A stretch of DNA of 64,000 nt from positions 14,198,001-14,262,000 of the forward strand of contig CM022665.1 in assembly GCA_012295275.1 (NCBI GenBank), given 5' to 3'. Under the pieces are notes generated by a model. It saw only the letters and a list, made by a program, of their open reading frames with translations, was not told where the DNA came from and did no database searches. The position numbers were made by a program, and so were the translations under genes. This document shows, in pieces, positions 1-11,770 of the stretch (the first letter of the stretch is position 1; each line of letters opens with the position of its first letter). The DNA comes from Chrysomallon squamiferum (Eukaryota > Animalia > Mollusca).

Positions 1-20
1 CTGAAAACAAACCCCATATT
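1..20 (-). other. Probable 3' splice acceptor for the next EVA1C-like exon, which lies outside the window
   Basis: Bases 11..1 read tttgttttcag on the minus strand. No convincing exon was found between 1 and 5985, and the expected stalk, TM and cytoplasmic regions are absent from the window. Confidence 0.5.
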
Positions 21-54
21 TCTGGAAAATAATATATTTTTAGAAAATTATATA

Positions 55-847
55 CCGTATATACTTGTGTACAAGGCGACCTTATGTATAAGTCGATGTG
101 TATTTTAAGACCAAAAATTGCGTCATTTTAGGTATTACTTGTGTATAAGACGACTGTAGATTCCAGGCACCGTCACTATTTTTAGACTAGTGTGACAGTG
201 CCATGAAGGCCTACATTGTACGCCTACTGTAACATAACTTGCACGAACATACCATAATAACGTAAATGCATGTATTACACGAGCTATAGCCTAAATGTAT
301 CATAAATAGTATCTCTTTAATGTAATAGGTCTAACATGGAGACCTAACTTACCGTTATATTTAGCCGTTCTATGATTTACAAAATTTGTCGGTAGTGGAT
401 ATTAATGACGATTGCAATATTATTTCACCAAATTCTTTACAATTAAACAAGTGAGTTTTGTTTATGAAATTAGGACCGATATTTAGTGCAATTTGGCAGA
501 GAAGTCTGCATTCCTAGATCATTGCAAGACGCCGTAAGGCATAACGCCGTACTGACGGTTTTCTCGCTTTAAAATGTATTTTTATGTCATTAAACGGAAG
601 AATATCATGTTTTACATTCATATTTGGTTTTGTTATTTAATTTTTCAAAATTTTTTATATGATAAAATTATATTTTTGAAAAGCTGAAAGACCATGATTA
701 TTTTAGATGCATCCCGTAGCAAAAAATAGTCAAAATGGCGACTCTTCAGCAACAGCTACAAAAGCATTACCTATGTATAAGTCGACCCCCAAAATATTAC
801 CTTAATATAGTCTCCCAAAAATTCGACTTATACACAAGTATATATGG
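55..847. mobile_element. Non-autonomous Tc1/mariner-superfamily TIR element (Tc2/pogo-like termini), 793 bp
   Basis: Left end CCGTATATACTTGTGTACAAGGCGA versus right end reverse complement CCATATATACTTGTGTATAAGTCGA. Flanked by TA (53-54, 848-849). Subterminal TGTATAAG(T/A)CGA repeats near 85, 142 and 774. No ORF. CpG-rich compared with the host intron. Confidence 0.88.
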
Positions 848-1311
848 TAACTATGTTCATGTTAACTGAGAACAAAACAGTTCTGACTTAATTATGCGCT
901 CTTGAGCATGAAGAGGATTAACTAACTAACCATTTTTATTCCATAATGCTGGAACAAAATATACAAAATACTTTATCATTACAGAAAAAAATATATAAAA
1001 TCACAAAATTTCATAATAAAGAGAAAAATAATCTCCAAAACTTAACTTTTTACTCTGACATTCAAGATGAAAAAAACATTTAAATCAGTTCACATCAAAA
1101 ATGGTAGTGAGGATTATCTGGCATCTGTCTGAGATAAGACAAATCCATCAACTTTGATTTAATTTGTTATTTTATGTACTGGCAGACTTTTAAAAATAGT
1201 ATATTTGTAATACACACAATGTCCATACACATGTGTAAATATATACACAACAGAAACACATTCAGACACAACACAGACATATATATATACAACATATACA
1301 CACATAACACA

Positions 1312-1405
1312 ACAAACACACATACACATATATACAACACACAAACACATACACATATATACAACACACAAACACATACACATATATACAACACACAAAC
1401 ACACA
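1312..1405. repeat. 27-bp tandem repeat, about 3 copies (acacaaacacatacacatatatacaac)
   Basis: Directly visible. Produces the 9-aa periodic spurious ORFs at 1159-1410. Confidence 0.9.
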
Positions 1406-2264
1406 TTTAATTAGTTTTATAACACACACAAAAAATGATCATAATAATGAGATACACTGCTGCAGTTTCATCAATATCAGCAAAATCCTTTTTTTTACAA
1501 ACTTTTAGTAAATCAGCTCATGACACTGAACAGCAGGTAGACCAAATGACACACAGTGAGAATTGATTTTATGACCCCTCATGCTCATACAGTGAATACT
1601 CAACTATTCTGGTTAGTCTCTCATGCTTGAGCAGTAAAACAGATTAACTAGATTTACCCTCCACCTACTCTGACCAATCTGGAGGTGAATTAGAAGAAAA
1701 TGTAGTATGTCTTTAATTTGATACTTCATCTCCTTTCCGTGCTGATCATCTGTAGTATTGATTTGCAAAACCAGACTTGGTGAAATAGATGTTAACCAAT
1801 CAGGCTAAAAGACTAGCAGGTACCAGGATCGAGTGCAGATACTGGTCTCTGTATGGAACTAAACTGGTAAATGTTAGACCACTACATCTTTTCTGATAAT
1901 TAAATCTGTAACAGTTTTTATTCTATGTAATAATACAGTGTAAATAAAGATTAAAATTGTTTTTAGTTCATTATTAAATTAAATTGTTGCTTGTCCTTTG
2001 ATTATTCTTTTAACTCAGTAAATTATATCAAACATTAATAAAAACATTGTTAAGCAGACATATGCATATACACATACTATCCGGAAATAAACCACACACA
2101 TACACGCACAAAAAAATAAATATAACTTCACACAAACACATATAAAAATTATTAAACACATATACACACATACACATGTTTTTGCTTTTAAAGTCCTTTT
2201 AATTGCCATTTTTCTTCCTCTTATGTTTGGTATTAGTAGAATCAATAAAAACAGTATTATTAAA

Positions 2265-2303
<39 letters not shown>

Positions 2304-2803
2304 GTTATTAAAATTAGTTGTAGTAGTAAAAACATTATTATTACTATTAAAATTATTATTATTATAACACATAACAACTAAATAATGCTAGCTATGGACA
2401 ACAGTGAAGAACTAAGTTTATATGGCTGCCAATCCTTCTGACTGAAGACAAAGTTAATAAGTTTACATTCCAACACAGTCAATATGAAAGTTCTTATAAT
2501 CTACTTTATTTAATACGATTACTTAGCTGACCTTTACTTGAATATTTTATAATGTATTTCAGCATAGATGATATTAGTGTGTTCTAAAGAGAGACAGACA
2601 CACAAACAAGAGAAAAAAGTAGTATTTATAGAAAGACAGATGGAAATTCAGACTGAAAAAGTAATTAAAGAAAGAAAAAGGACAAGTAAATGAATGAAAG
2701 AAATGGAAATAAAAATATATATCAGATTATGAAAAACTGAGAAGGGGATAAAAGTATGAGTGAAAAAACATGAAAGGATGAACAAAGAAAATATGTTGTT
2801 AAC

Positions 2804-2805
<2 letters not shown>

Positions 2806-2856
<51 letters not shown>
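2806..2856. repeat. (AC)n microsatellite
   Basis: Perfect run. Confidence 0.98.
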
Positions 2857-2858
<2 letters not shown>

Positions 2859-3130
2859 TATATTGGGATAAACAGCACATATGTTGTAATAAAACATAAA
2901 TTACGAATAACATAAAAATTTAATATTGATTAATAAGGTATTCAATACCAATGATAAAAGACATGTATTTGACATTTATGACATTTAGTTTAAACTTTAA
3001 AGCACATTATTAATGGACAGGATATTGTGGACCCAAAAAAAGAAAAAAAAAGAAACAGACATATTTGTTTTCCACTGTGGTTTTCTTTGAGGAAATTTTT
3101 GTCTATACTTCTTGTATTATTTCAAACAAT

Positions 3131-3179
3131 AATTATTATTATTTATTTATTTATTTATTTATTTATTATAATTATTATA

Positions 3180-3239
<60 letters not shown>

Positions 3240-3264
3240 GTTTGTTTGTTTGTTTGTTTGTTTG
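3131..3264. repeat. Compound (ATTT)n(ATT)n(GTTT)n microsatellite
   Basis: Directly visible. Confidence 0.97.
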
Positions 3265-3984
3265 AGAAATGAAACAAAAAAAAGGGAAAATAAAGGAGAA
3301 AAAAACATTTAAAAGGAATTATTTCCATAAATATTCTGTTCTCTTTGAACCAACCATAAAAAAAAAAATGTATATAAATATATAAAAAATAAAAAAATTC
3401 TAAATTAATAAATAAATTAAATAAAAAATAAAGGAAAGAAAAAGATTAATTGCTGCTTTTGAAATAGATACTGTTTAAAAAATGTTTAAATTAAAATGGA
3501 TGACATTTTTAAACAGTTTTAATCTCCTGACCTTTTCATAGAGAGGAAGTATGAGATTTTCTTCTTTAAGTCTCATCTGAAATGAAACTATTTGTGACCA
3601 GACATATAAATCACATGAGACTTGAAGTCAACAACCACCAGGATATAAGCAGACGCTTACAGAGTCATTAAAGAGACTGACACATCTAATCAGATCTAAG
3701 AAATCTTGAAAGCAGAGAAATCAAAAGGCAGATAGTAAAAATCTTTTTACTTCTTCTCATCTGTCAGATTCCAGTTAAACCTTTATATCTTCATTGTTTA
3801 GATTTTTTACCCACTGTCTTTTGTTGTTAAACTTATTATCTTTATCTTTTGGAAAAATAAATAATAAAAATGTTTGCTCTCCAGTATCTGTTCACAGATT
3901 AAATTTTATATCTTCATCTTTTGAAAAAGATTTTTTAGTTCTTCAATATCTATTTGTATTTTATATGCTTCAGTCACTGACAAC

Positions 3985-4265
3985 AGGTTGTAATACAGTG
4001 ATAATGTTATTAACTGATGACTGAGAGGTCATGAGATCAATTCTCTTTAGTTTACCCGTTGGTCTTGTTCCCATTCCAAACAATATATTATCAAACGCTG
4101 GGTTATGTGTTTTCCTGTCTATATCAAAACATTTATAAAAGATCTATTGTTATTAAATGCTACGAGTAGCCAACAGTTTCCTCTCTCATATCAGCTTCAT
4201 ACAAGAAATATATGGGTTTTTTACAGCTAATATTACAATGTGTTCTCAGCCAAGCATTCATTCCT
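3985..4265 (+). mobile_element. Decayed SINE-like repeat (family A), opposite orientation
   Basis: Contains ttcccattcca (reverse complement of tggaatgggaa), ttttcctgtct, ataaaagatct and gagtagcc in the expected order. Confidence 0.45.
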
Positions 4266-5886
4266 CAACATCATGAACAAGCATACAAGGCATGGGCAAA
4301 GTTTTCAATATCTGCAGAGAGTTTTGACTAAAATAACGAGATACAGTAATCTGCTTTTTATATAAAAACAAACCCCAAAAAAAAAAAAAAAAAAAAAAAA
4401 AATCAGTATGGTTGCTATCAAAACAGCTGCCCACTTCAGAAAGTAAAAGAGAGTGTTATTTACAATGATCATGTTTTTTCTTCAATGCAGGGGACATGGT
4501 TAAATGTGTCTTATCTACTTGGGGCTTTCAACACCTAAGATGGCTTTATGGAGTCTAGATAAAAAACCCATCTACTCAGTTCAGGGCAAGAGGTATTTTT
4601 TCAATTAAATCCATCACCTGCCAAAGAGGCCTTTTTTTTTTTTTCTAATTAATATTAAGAATAGATAAAAAGAAGAAAAACAGGAAAAGGACATGACTAA
4701 TCAATTAACCATTTAAAATGCATTTATGGTTTGGGTACCCGGTTTATGGAACTAGGTTAATTAGTGGTAGTATGTTAGAAATTCAGTCATCCTAGTTTAA
4801 AAGGTTCAGTTATATTATGCCACATCCCTGTCTTGATAAAACTTTCTAGTGATATCAAAGCAATAACAGGCATGCTTGACTGAAACAGGCAAAAATCCCC
4901 CCCAAAACAACAACACCCACACATATACCTCATGCATTAACTTTGTGAAGGAATGTAATTAGAACAAACAGGGTGGATGCAAGATCATTAAACATTCTAT
5001 GGCTAATCCTCTAAAAATATATTACATACTAACATAATCATCTAACATACTAACATTAATATGTGTTAGAAAGGAGACAAAGTTTTTGTGTTGTGTGCAT
5101 TGCTTGAACTTTCTGGAAATGTAATCATGTCTCATATGAATAAATGTTTTGTCTGATTAATAAAAAAAAACTTTTACACATATTTCTCTAACACTTTAAT
5201 GAACAAAACAGTTAGTAAAATAATGCTATAAAATAAAAAATAAATGAAAAAATAGCTATAAATAACTAAGATTTAAGATTATTATTTTTTTCCTCTCATT
5301 TAAATGGAATTTTGTCACTGACATTAATGGTTAAATAAATATATTTGGTAAACTGCTAACACAAAAGGTAGACAAAATCTGTTTATTGGGAAAAAAGACC
5401 CTGATATATACAATATAGTGTATGATAACAAAAACAACAACCAGTAAAACAGAAACAAGAACAACAAAAATAATAATATAATATTCAGAATAATCATAAA
5501 ACAAAAACAAAAATTAATTGTCATACTAGTCAAGCATTAATTAAGTATAAAAGCAGAATACTGACAAAATAGTAACAACCACAAACAATAACATTAGTAA
5601 TAATAATAATAATTATTATAATTATAATGATAACAACAACAACAATAATAATCACCTTCACAATAGATATAAGATTTTTTTAAATAACAAATTTTGTGGA
5701 TTAATAATGCAAAAGAAGTACTTCATCTTGCATTATTTACAAGTATGTAAATAAAAGGTGAATTTTATGGCTGGCAATAAATTGTGAACTGCAAACCCTT
5801 TTTATTGGTCTACATTATAATTAGAATTTAATTTCTAATGAATAGCAGTTCATTTCTTTAACATTATTTTAATAATAATTAAACTG

Positions 5887-5903
5887 TTATTATTATTATT
5901 ATT

Positions 5904-5942
<39 letters not shown>

Positions 5943-5947
5943 ATTAT
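5887..5947. repeat. Compound (TTA)n(TTG)n microsatellite about 40 nt past the 5986 donor
   Basis: Directly visible. Confidence 0.97.
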
Positions 5948-5985
5948 CTAACTAGGATATAAAAGGGACAAATATGGATACTCAC

Positions 5986-6129
5986 CACAAGAATAAGTAA
6001 CATTCAGATATTTATTTATATCACTAGGACATGGATTTCCAAAATTTTCATCTGTTGCTTCAATAAGACAATGTTTGCGACCATGGCAGTGTTCTCTAAC
6101 TTTCTCTAATGTATCTCTAGCTCTGCAAT
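5986..6129 (-). CDS. EVA1C: EVA-1/EVA1C-like protein, coding exon: C-terminal half of SUEL lectin domain 2
   Basis: Acceptor ttctttttttaatatag| and donor G|gtgagt. 144 nt, phase 1-1. Translates (D)CRARDTLEKVREHCHGRKHCLIEATDENFGNPCPSDINKYLNVTYSC, with the C.G...C...A....FG.PC....KYL.V.Y.C signature. Confidence 0.94.
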
Positions 6130-8754
6130 CTATATTAAAAAAAGAATGAATAGAAAGACTGAATGAATTTTTGTTTAATAACATCACAAATGTAAAAAAT
6201 TAAATATTTAGTTTTTATATTTGTCCTGACTGAAATAGATATTATGTATTGCTATAATTATTTTTATTGCTAATAGTGATTTAAAAAATAGATTAATCTA
6301 TTTTTTGAAATATTATCAGTAAAAATACTTATGCACAAATATACATACATACATACATATACATACACATACATAAACATGCTTACAACAACTGAGTATC
6401 ATTTGTAGAACAAATGAAAGATAGAAAGATTTTCAGAAACCACAGGTATCACGATCAAAACTCCACTACTATAGAGATCATGATCCTTTCTGACACAAAA
6501 TAAATAATTTAAAAAATCAAAAAAAGAATCAAACAAGAAATCAAACCTGGACACAAAAACAAGCAACATTTACCCTGAAAAGGAGAATATCAAGTAACCT
6601 TTGATAGGCTGACACCCAAACCCCAGCTATTTACAGGTAATCTGACTACAAAGATTTAAATCACCATTAAAACTGGTACAAAAAGGAAGCCACAACATGA
6701 ATGGAGTTAGAAAATTAAAAGCTAAGCCCCTTGACATAAAAAAAAGGAGAAGAAGAAAAAAAAAAGATTTTAATATCATAATAGCAACATGAAACTTGTC
6801 AAGTTGTAATGCTTAAAGTCTCAGGTAATATGTATAATTTACCTATATGAGGCTGTGACACTGCCATATTCAGAACTAAATCTACTTGTCATTTTTTCAA
6901 ATAATAAACCTTTGTAATGTTCCGTTCTTATTAACATGTTTATCAATTTGTTTATTCCCCACCCAGTAATTTAGTACTGCTGGAAGATAAAATGTGTAGA
7001 AACATCCATAAAGTTTTGAAAAATTAAAAATAAATATCTCCCCAAATATACTGGCATACATTATTTCATTTAAATTAAATATACTTCATTCTTTTACATC
7101 ATACATTTCTGGCTTTTTGCCATCACTTTTTTTTTTTTTTTTTTTTTTTTTTCCACAACTATATAAAAAGCCTGTATAACATTGTGGATTTTATTCATTT
7201 AATGTTTTGTTATAATTATTAATATTATTATCTATATAAAACATACTCATTTCCATAGATACATAGATAAATACATACTTACTGAGTACTCACAGATACA
7301 TAAGAATACACAATGAAAAACATTAACACTCATATGCTCTAAACACATACACTGTCACAAACGTGCACACAAGCAAACACTCGTATACTTTCAAACACCT
7401 TTCGTCACACATTCACATGCATATGCACACATACATACAAACACTTTTACAGATAAGCTCAAACACCTCCAACCAAAACATAGATCTTATTTACTGACTT
7501 CTAAATCATGTTAGTGAATACTTTTAACTTTTTCAACCACAGACACCTAAAGTTTGATCAAAGACTTGTAATGTGTGTTATTCATGTGACTTATCTAGAT
7601 TGAAGTGGAAACACAACTTACAGTGTACACAAGGTGGGAAATGTCTGAGAGTTTTGTTTTAATGTTTGTCCTCAGAACACTTGCATCAACCCACACAACT
7701 CCACTGTAACTGATATACATATATCACAAACTATATATACTGAATTGATGTTTTGTCTTGAATTTGTAGTTTTTTTATATATCAAAATGTTTACTTCTGA
7801 TACAAAACAATAAAAAAAAACAACATGTTTACTAAAATGAAATTCACACACCTTAATTTCTGCATAACAATCCTACCAAATAAAACAATACAAACAAATC
7901 CCTTGTAAAGCATGCCTCTGTGTGTGTGTATGATTGTGTACACATACATAAATATATACATACCCATATCATACAAACTCAGATATAACAGATAGATTGT
8001 CTTGCTGCCAAGTGGTATTGTCATCTGCCTCCAGAGTACAGACAAATGCCATATGTTCAAATCTCATCAGTGGCATCTGACATTTGTGAGGTAATTTTTC
8101 TGTACCAGTGCATTCATGTTTTATATGATCAATAAATATATATATGCTTGAATGTTCACTGTATATATCTATGTTTCTATGTTTTAAATGATTGGTCATT
8201 TTTACCAAACTAGTTTTATTTAGAAGAATTTTTTTTAATAATTTTGCTTCATTCTCTTTTTATTAAAACTAATGGACATAGTAAAAAGAGTCTACCCAAA
8301 TGTCAAAAATCAAAAATCAAGGAATAAAAAGAAACAGTATTGAAATATTTCATTACAATAAGAATTATAAATTAAAGAAGTTTAAAAACACATATACTGA
8401 TAAACCTATTTCCAAATATTCTTTCATTTTTATTTTTCTTGCTTCTGTTTATTCATTTCTTTCACAAGTGCTGTAGTAAAATTCTGTAACAAGATGTCAG
8501 CTAGTGGATTTAGTTCATTTACTGTCTGACATTTTAATGTAGAGATCCTGAATTATTTATGAACAAGGAAACATTTCTGAACGCAACATGCAAATTATTC
8601 CCTTATGGTATGAAAAAATAAATGAAAGAAAAAAGAGAAGGAAAAAGAAGGAGATAACAAATAAATACTGGAAAAAAAAAATTAAAAAAATAAACACAGA
8701 AAATTGCCAAAGAAAATTATCAATAAAATGGAGGAAATTACAAAAGAAAATTAC

Positions 8755-8901
8755 CAATGTAGTCATGGTGAGTCTGCAGACATTTGCTGGAACTGTTTGG
8801 TGTTTGTCCAAAGAATGCAGAATAAACAGCAATGCGTGTTCCTCTGTGACACCACAGTTGTATTTGGTCATCCTGACACACAATTTCATTCTTGTAGCTG
8901 T
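8755..8901 (-). CDS. EVA1C: EVA-1/EVA1C-like protein, coding exon: N-terminal half of SUEL lectin domain 2 (not in the ORF track)
   Basis: Poly-T tract followed by cag| and donor G|gtaatt. 147 nt, phase 1-1. My translation: (D)SYKNEIVCQDDQIQLWCHRGTRIAVYSAFFGQTPNSSSKCLQTHHDYI. The VC....L.C....I..YSA.FG pattern matches the second lectin repeat. Confidence 0.93.
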
Positions 8902-9464
8902 CTGAAAAAAAAAAAAAAAAAAAAAAAAAAAAACATTACAGATTATTCAGATATAGAGCAGAAAAATGAAATTAGAATTATTCGTAAAGTGTAATTTGTG
9001 AACATATCACTCCATAAAAAGTTTAAAAAAATGAATATAAAGAAAGCTAATGAAAAAAAAAAGAAGATAAGAATTAGAGAAAAAAGAAGAAAAACAACAT
9101 TAAAAAAACATGTTTATAGATATCTACAAATATAAACACACCTATGTACATAAAAATATTCACACACACACAAACATACCCTGAGAATAATACCAGTCTA
9201 AGACTATTAATATTACATTATGTCTTAGTGTCATAGATAATTATACTATTCATCTAGTTTAGTTTATATAAAACTTTCAGAAAACACACACAAAAAACAA
9301 TATGTATAAAAACAAAATACTCTAAGGTTATTGATAAGTTATGTCAATGTGCCATGTGACTAGGGACTACTCTATAGATAATTACATACTGAAAAACAAA
9401 TAGAAGATTGCTGACACACACACATTTTGCAAATACATTCATGTATTTCAAACTTATGTGAGAT

Positions 9465-9495
<31 letters not shown>

Positions 9496-10504
9496 ATATA
9501 CATCTTCACAATCATATTGACATATATATTAAAAAATAAACCAATACTTTGTAGGTATTAAATGTAATTATATATGTCATAAAAGTACTTTGTAGGTAAT
9601 TATACACATAAAAAAAAAACAATTTACAGATTGATATTCTCAGATATAAATTTCATAAACATACACAAAAATATTTAAAAAAATACTTTGTGGTTTTTCA
9701 TAGTAATTATACCCAATGTGTCATAAAAGTACCTTACAGACAATTAAACACTGAAAGAACAATCTACAGATCAATATTTGCTCAGATATATATACCTTCA
9801 CAAACACACACACACATATAAATGCAACAGAAAATAAAAGAAATAAGCTTTCATTATTAATAGTAATTATGTCACTGTGCCATAACAGTACATTAAAGAT
9901 TTTTTTTTTTTTAAAAACAAGAGAGAGAACAAATCAATACTGTGTGTTTTGTGACCACCTACCTGAGCAGCAAGCAGCCAACAAGGCAAAAAACAAAAAC
10001 GCTTCAAACAACGAATATTCCATCACCCAACACACTGACTCAGTGTTTCTTACATGACAGGTTAATCCATATTGATTTCATAAATCCTTCCAAAGTCTGT
10101 AATATTTTGTAATGTCATTCGCTTTTTAATTCTTTTTAAGATCAAAAAGCAATTTCGTGTGGAGTTTGCTCTTGTTGAATAGTCTCTGTCTAGGATCATG
10201 AAAAGACAGATATTCCTGTTGATGTCTTAATTGGTTAAATAATTATATGAAAACTAAAAAAGCTGGTTTGGATTCTACAGACACTGAGTAATAGTAAAAC
10301 CACAGGACATGTGTCAGATTTGTGCTTAGTAAAGGTAATGCAACTCCAGTATTTCAGTACAACTCACGATCTGAAGGAATGTCTAGTATTACTAGTAAAG
10401 TGATTGAGTTGATAATAAAATATGTGTCTGAGTTTACACCAGTCTTGTTGAAATGAAAATCTTTATTTCAATGTTTCAGTAGTAACACTGCTTTTGCTGT
10501 CATA

Positions 10505-10705
10505 ATTTTCTTCAGTCTTTCAGTGCCATTGATGTCAACGTATTGATGTCCACATTTACTTCAGTATTATCAGTGTATTGATGTCACAGATTGCTTCAGT
10601 GTTTCAATGTTATCATTGTTTATTTCAGTGTTTCAATATTATCAATGTACTGATGTTATACACACAGTTTACTTACATAGTTCACTGTATTCATGTCACA
10701 ATTAT
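10505..10705. repeat. Decayed tandem repeat built on ttcagtgt..tcaatgtattgatgtcac
   Basis: Repeated ttcagt and attgatgtc words. Confidence 0.55.
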
Positions 10706-11217
10706 ACAAGGCTTAATGAAAATCTGTGTTCCAGTGTTAAAAGAAATCACACTTGTATTTATACACAAACATAAAATAATTGTATTATAAAATCAGACTT
10801 AAACTAATACACTGACAATGTTTTATTTTAAAGTTCTCTGATACTAATGTACAAATATAATCTTATTTTAAAGTGTTCAGATTAAAATCTAAATGTCAAA
10901 TTACAGTATAAAATCAAAACAGTACTCATGTATCAGATTACAAATGTCTTAAATAAGAAGCCTATACTGAACCAGACTGTATAAACTGACCACCTTGTAT
11001 AGTGATACTGAAACTGATGAGTAATAAAATAGCAGTGATACACAGTATGAGAAATATCAAATATCTGGTAACCACAGACAAAGTTAATTAGGAAGATGAC
11101 CAAACATTACTATGGTTGCTCATCAGTGTTCAAGATGTTTGTTTGAACTTGGTCTGTTTCTGTTCACATTTTGTGAACAGTAAAATTCTGTATTGTACAT
11201 ACAATCTGTAAAGTACT

Positions 11218-11340
11218 TATAATTCTATATGAATTGTATACGTGTATAATTCTTTATAAATTGTATAATTCTATATGAATTGTATAGATATACACTTTTT
11301 TTTTTATAAACTGTATATAAAATTGTACCTGTATAAAAAT
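11218..11340. repeat. About 20-bp AT-rich tandem repeat (tataattctatatgaattg)
   Basis: Three near-identical copies plus decayed copies. Confidence 0.75.
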
Positions 11341-11504
11341 ATATATATATAAAAAACTGTCTTTATATAAAATTTATATATAATTCTTCATGTGTAATTT
11401 TTTTTTAAAATGACAAATAAATTACTGTATTCTTTCGAAGGACTAAACACTTAAGAACTAAAAAGAATTATTATGTTATAACAGAATGAATAAAAACAAA
11501 AACT

Positions 11505-11770
11505 TCACTGTAATTTCATTCTGTAGAATTAAAACACAGAAATTCCAAGTATAAAACTGTTAGAGAAAAAAAAGATTTTTTTTAGAAATCCCTGGTATTG
11601 TAATCTTATTCTCTATGACCAAACTAGAAACTGTAGAATCAAAACTGGGAAATCCTATTTATAAAGTTTCATAAATTAAGTCCCATGTAATAAATTCTCT
11701 ATAATCAAAACTTCAGAATCCCACTTATAATATTCTGTAGAAAGAATCAACATTCAGTGTCCTGTATAAC
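11505..11770. repeat. Highly decayed about 38-40 bp tandem repeat (ctgtagaatcaaaac...aatccc...tataa)
   Basis: ctgtagaa(t) at 11521, 11630 and 11734, with ctctat variants between them. Confidence 0.55.

Noticed and set aside
1800-1860. Possible terminal exon giving ...YSC-VPYRDQYLHSILVPASLLA* (a secreted isoform)
   Set aside because: VP after the last Cys is suggestive, but the acceptor has almost no pyrimidine tract and a competing AG 5 nt upstream. It cannot be supported without RNA data.
1159-3272. Several 60-120 aa ORFs (poly-I, poly-Y, CV/HT repeats), representative of similar ORFs at 17.6, 32.7, 36.4, 56.9 and 60.0 kb
   Set aside because: They are microsatellite or low-complexity artefacts.
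7963-8208. ORF 7969-8208 (Cys-containing) and a good donor GG|gtatgt near 7964, as a possible cassette exon between the domain-2 exons
   Set aside because: No lectin similarity. The nearest plausible acceptor (aatgtcag|) hits a stop within 7 codons in the required phase and lacks a polypyrimidine tract. The flanking exons already join perfectly.
8557-8994. Listed ORFs 8557-8889(-), 8588-8905(+) and 8704-8994(+)
   Set aside because: These are shadow frames of the real minus-strand exon 8755-8901, extended into A-rich sequence.
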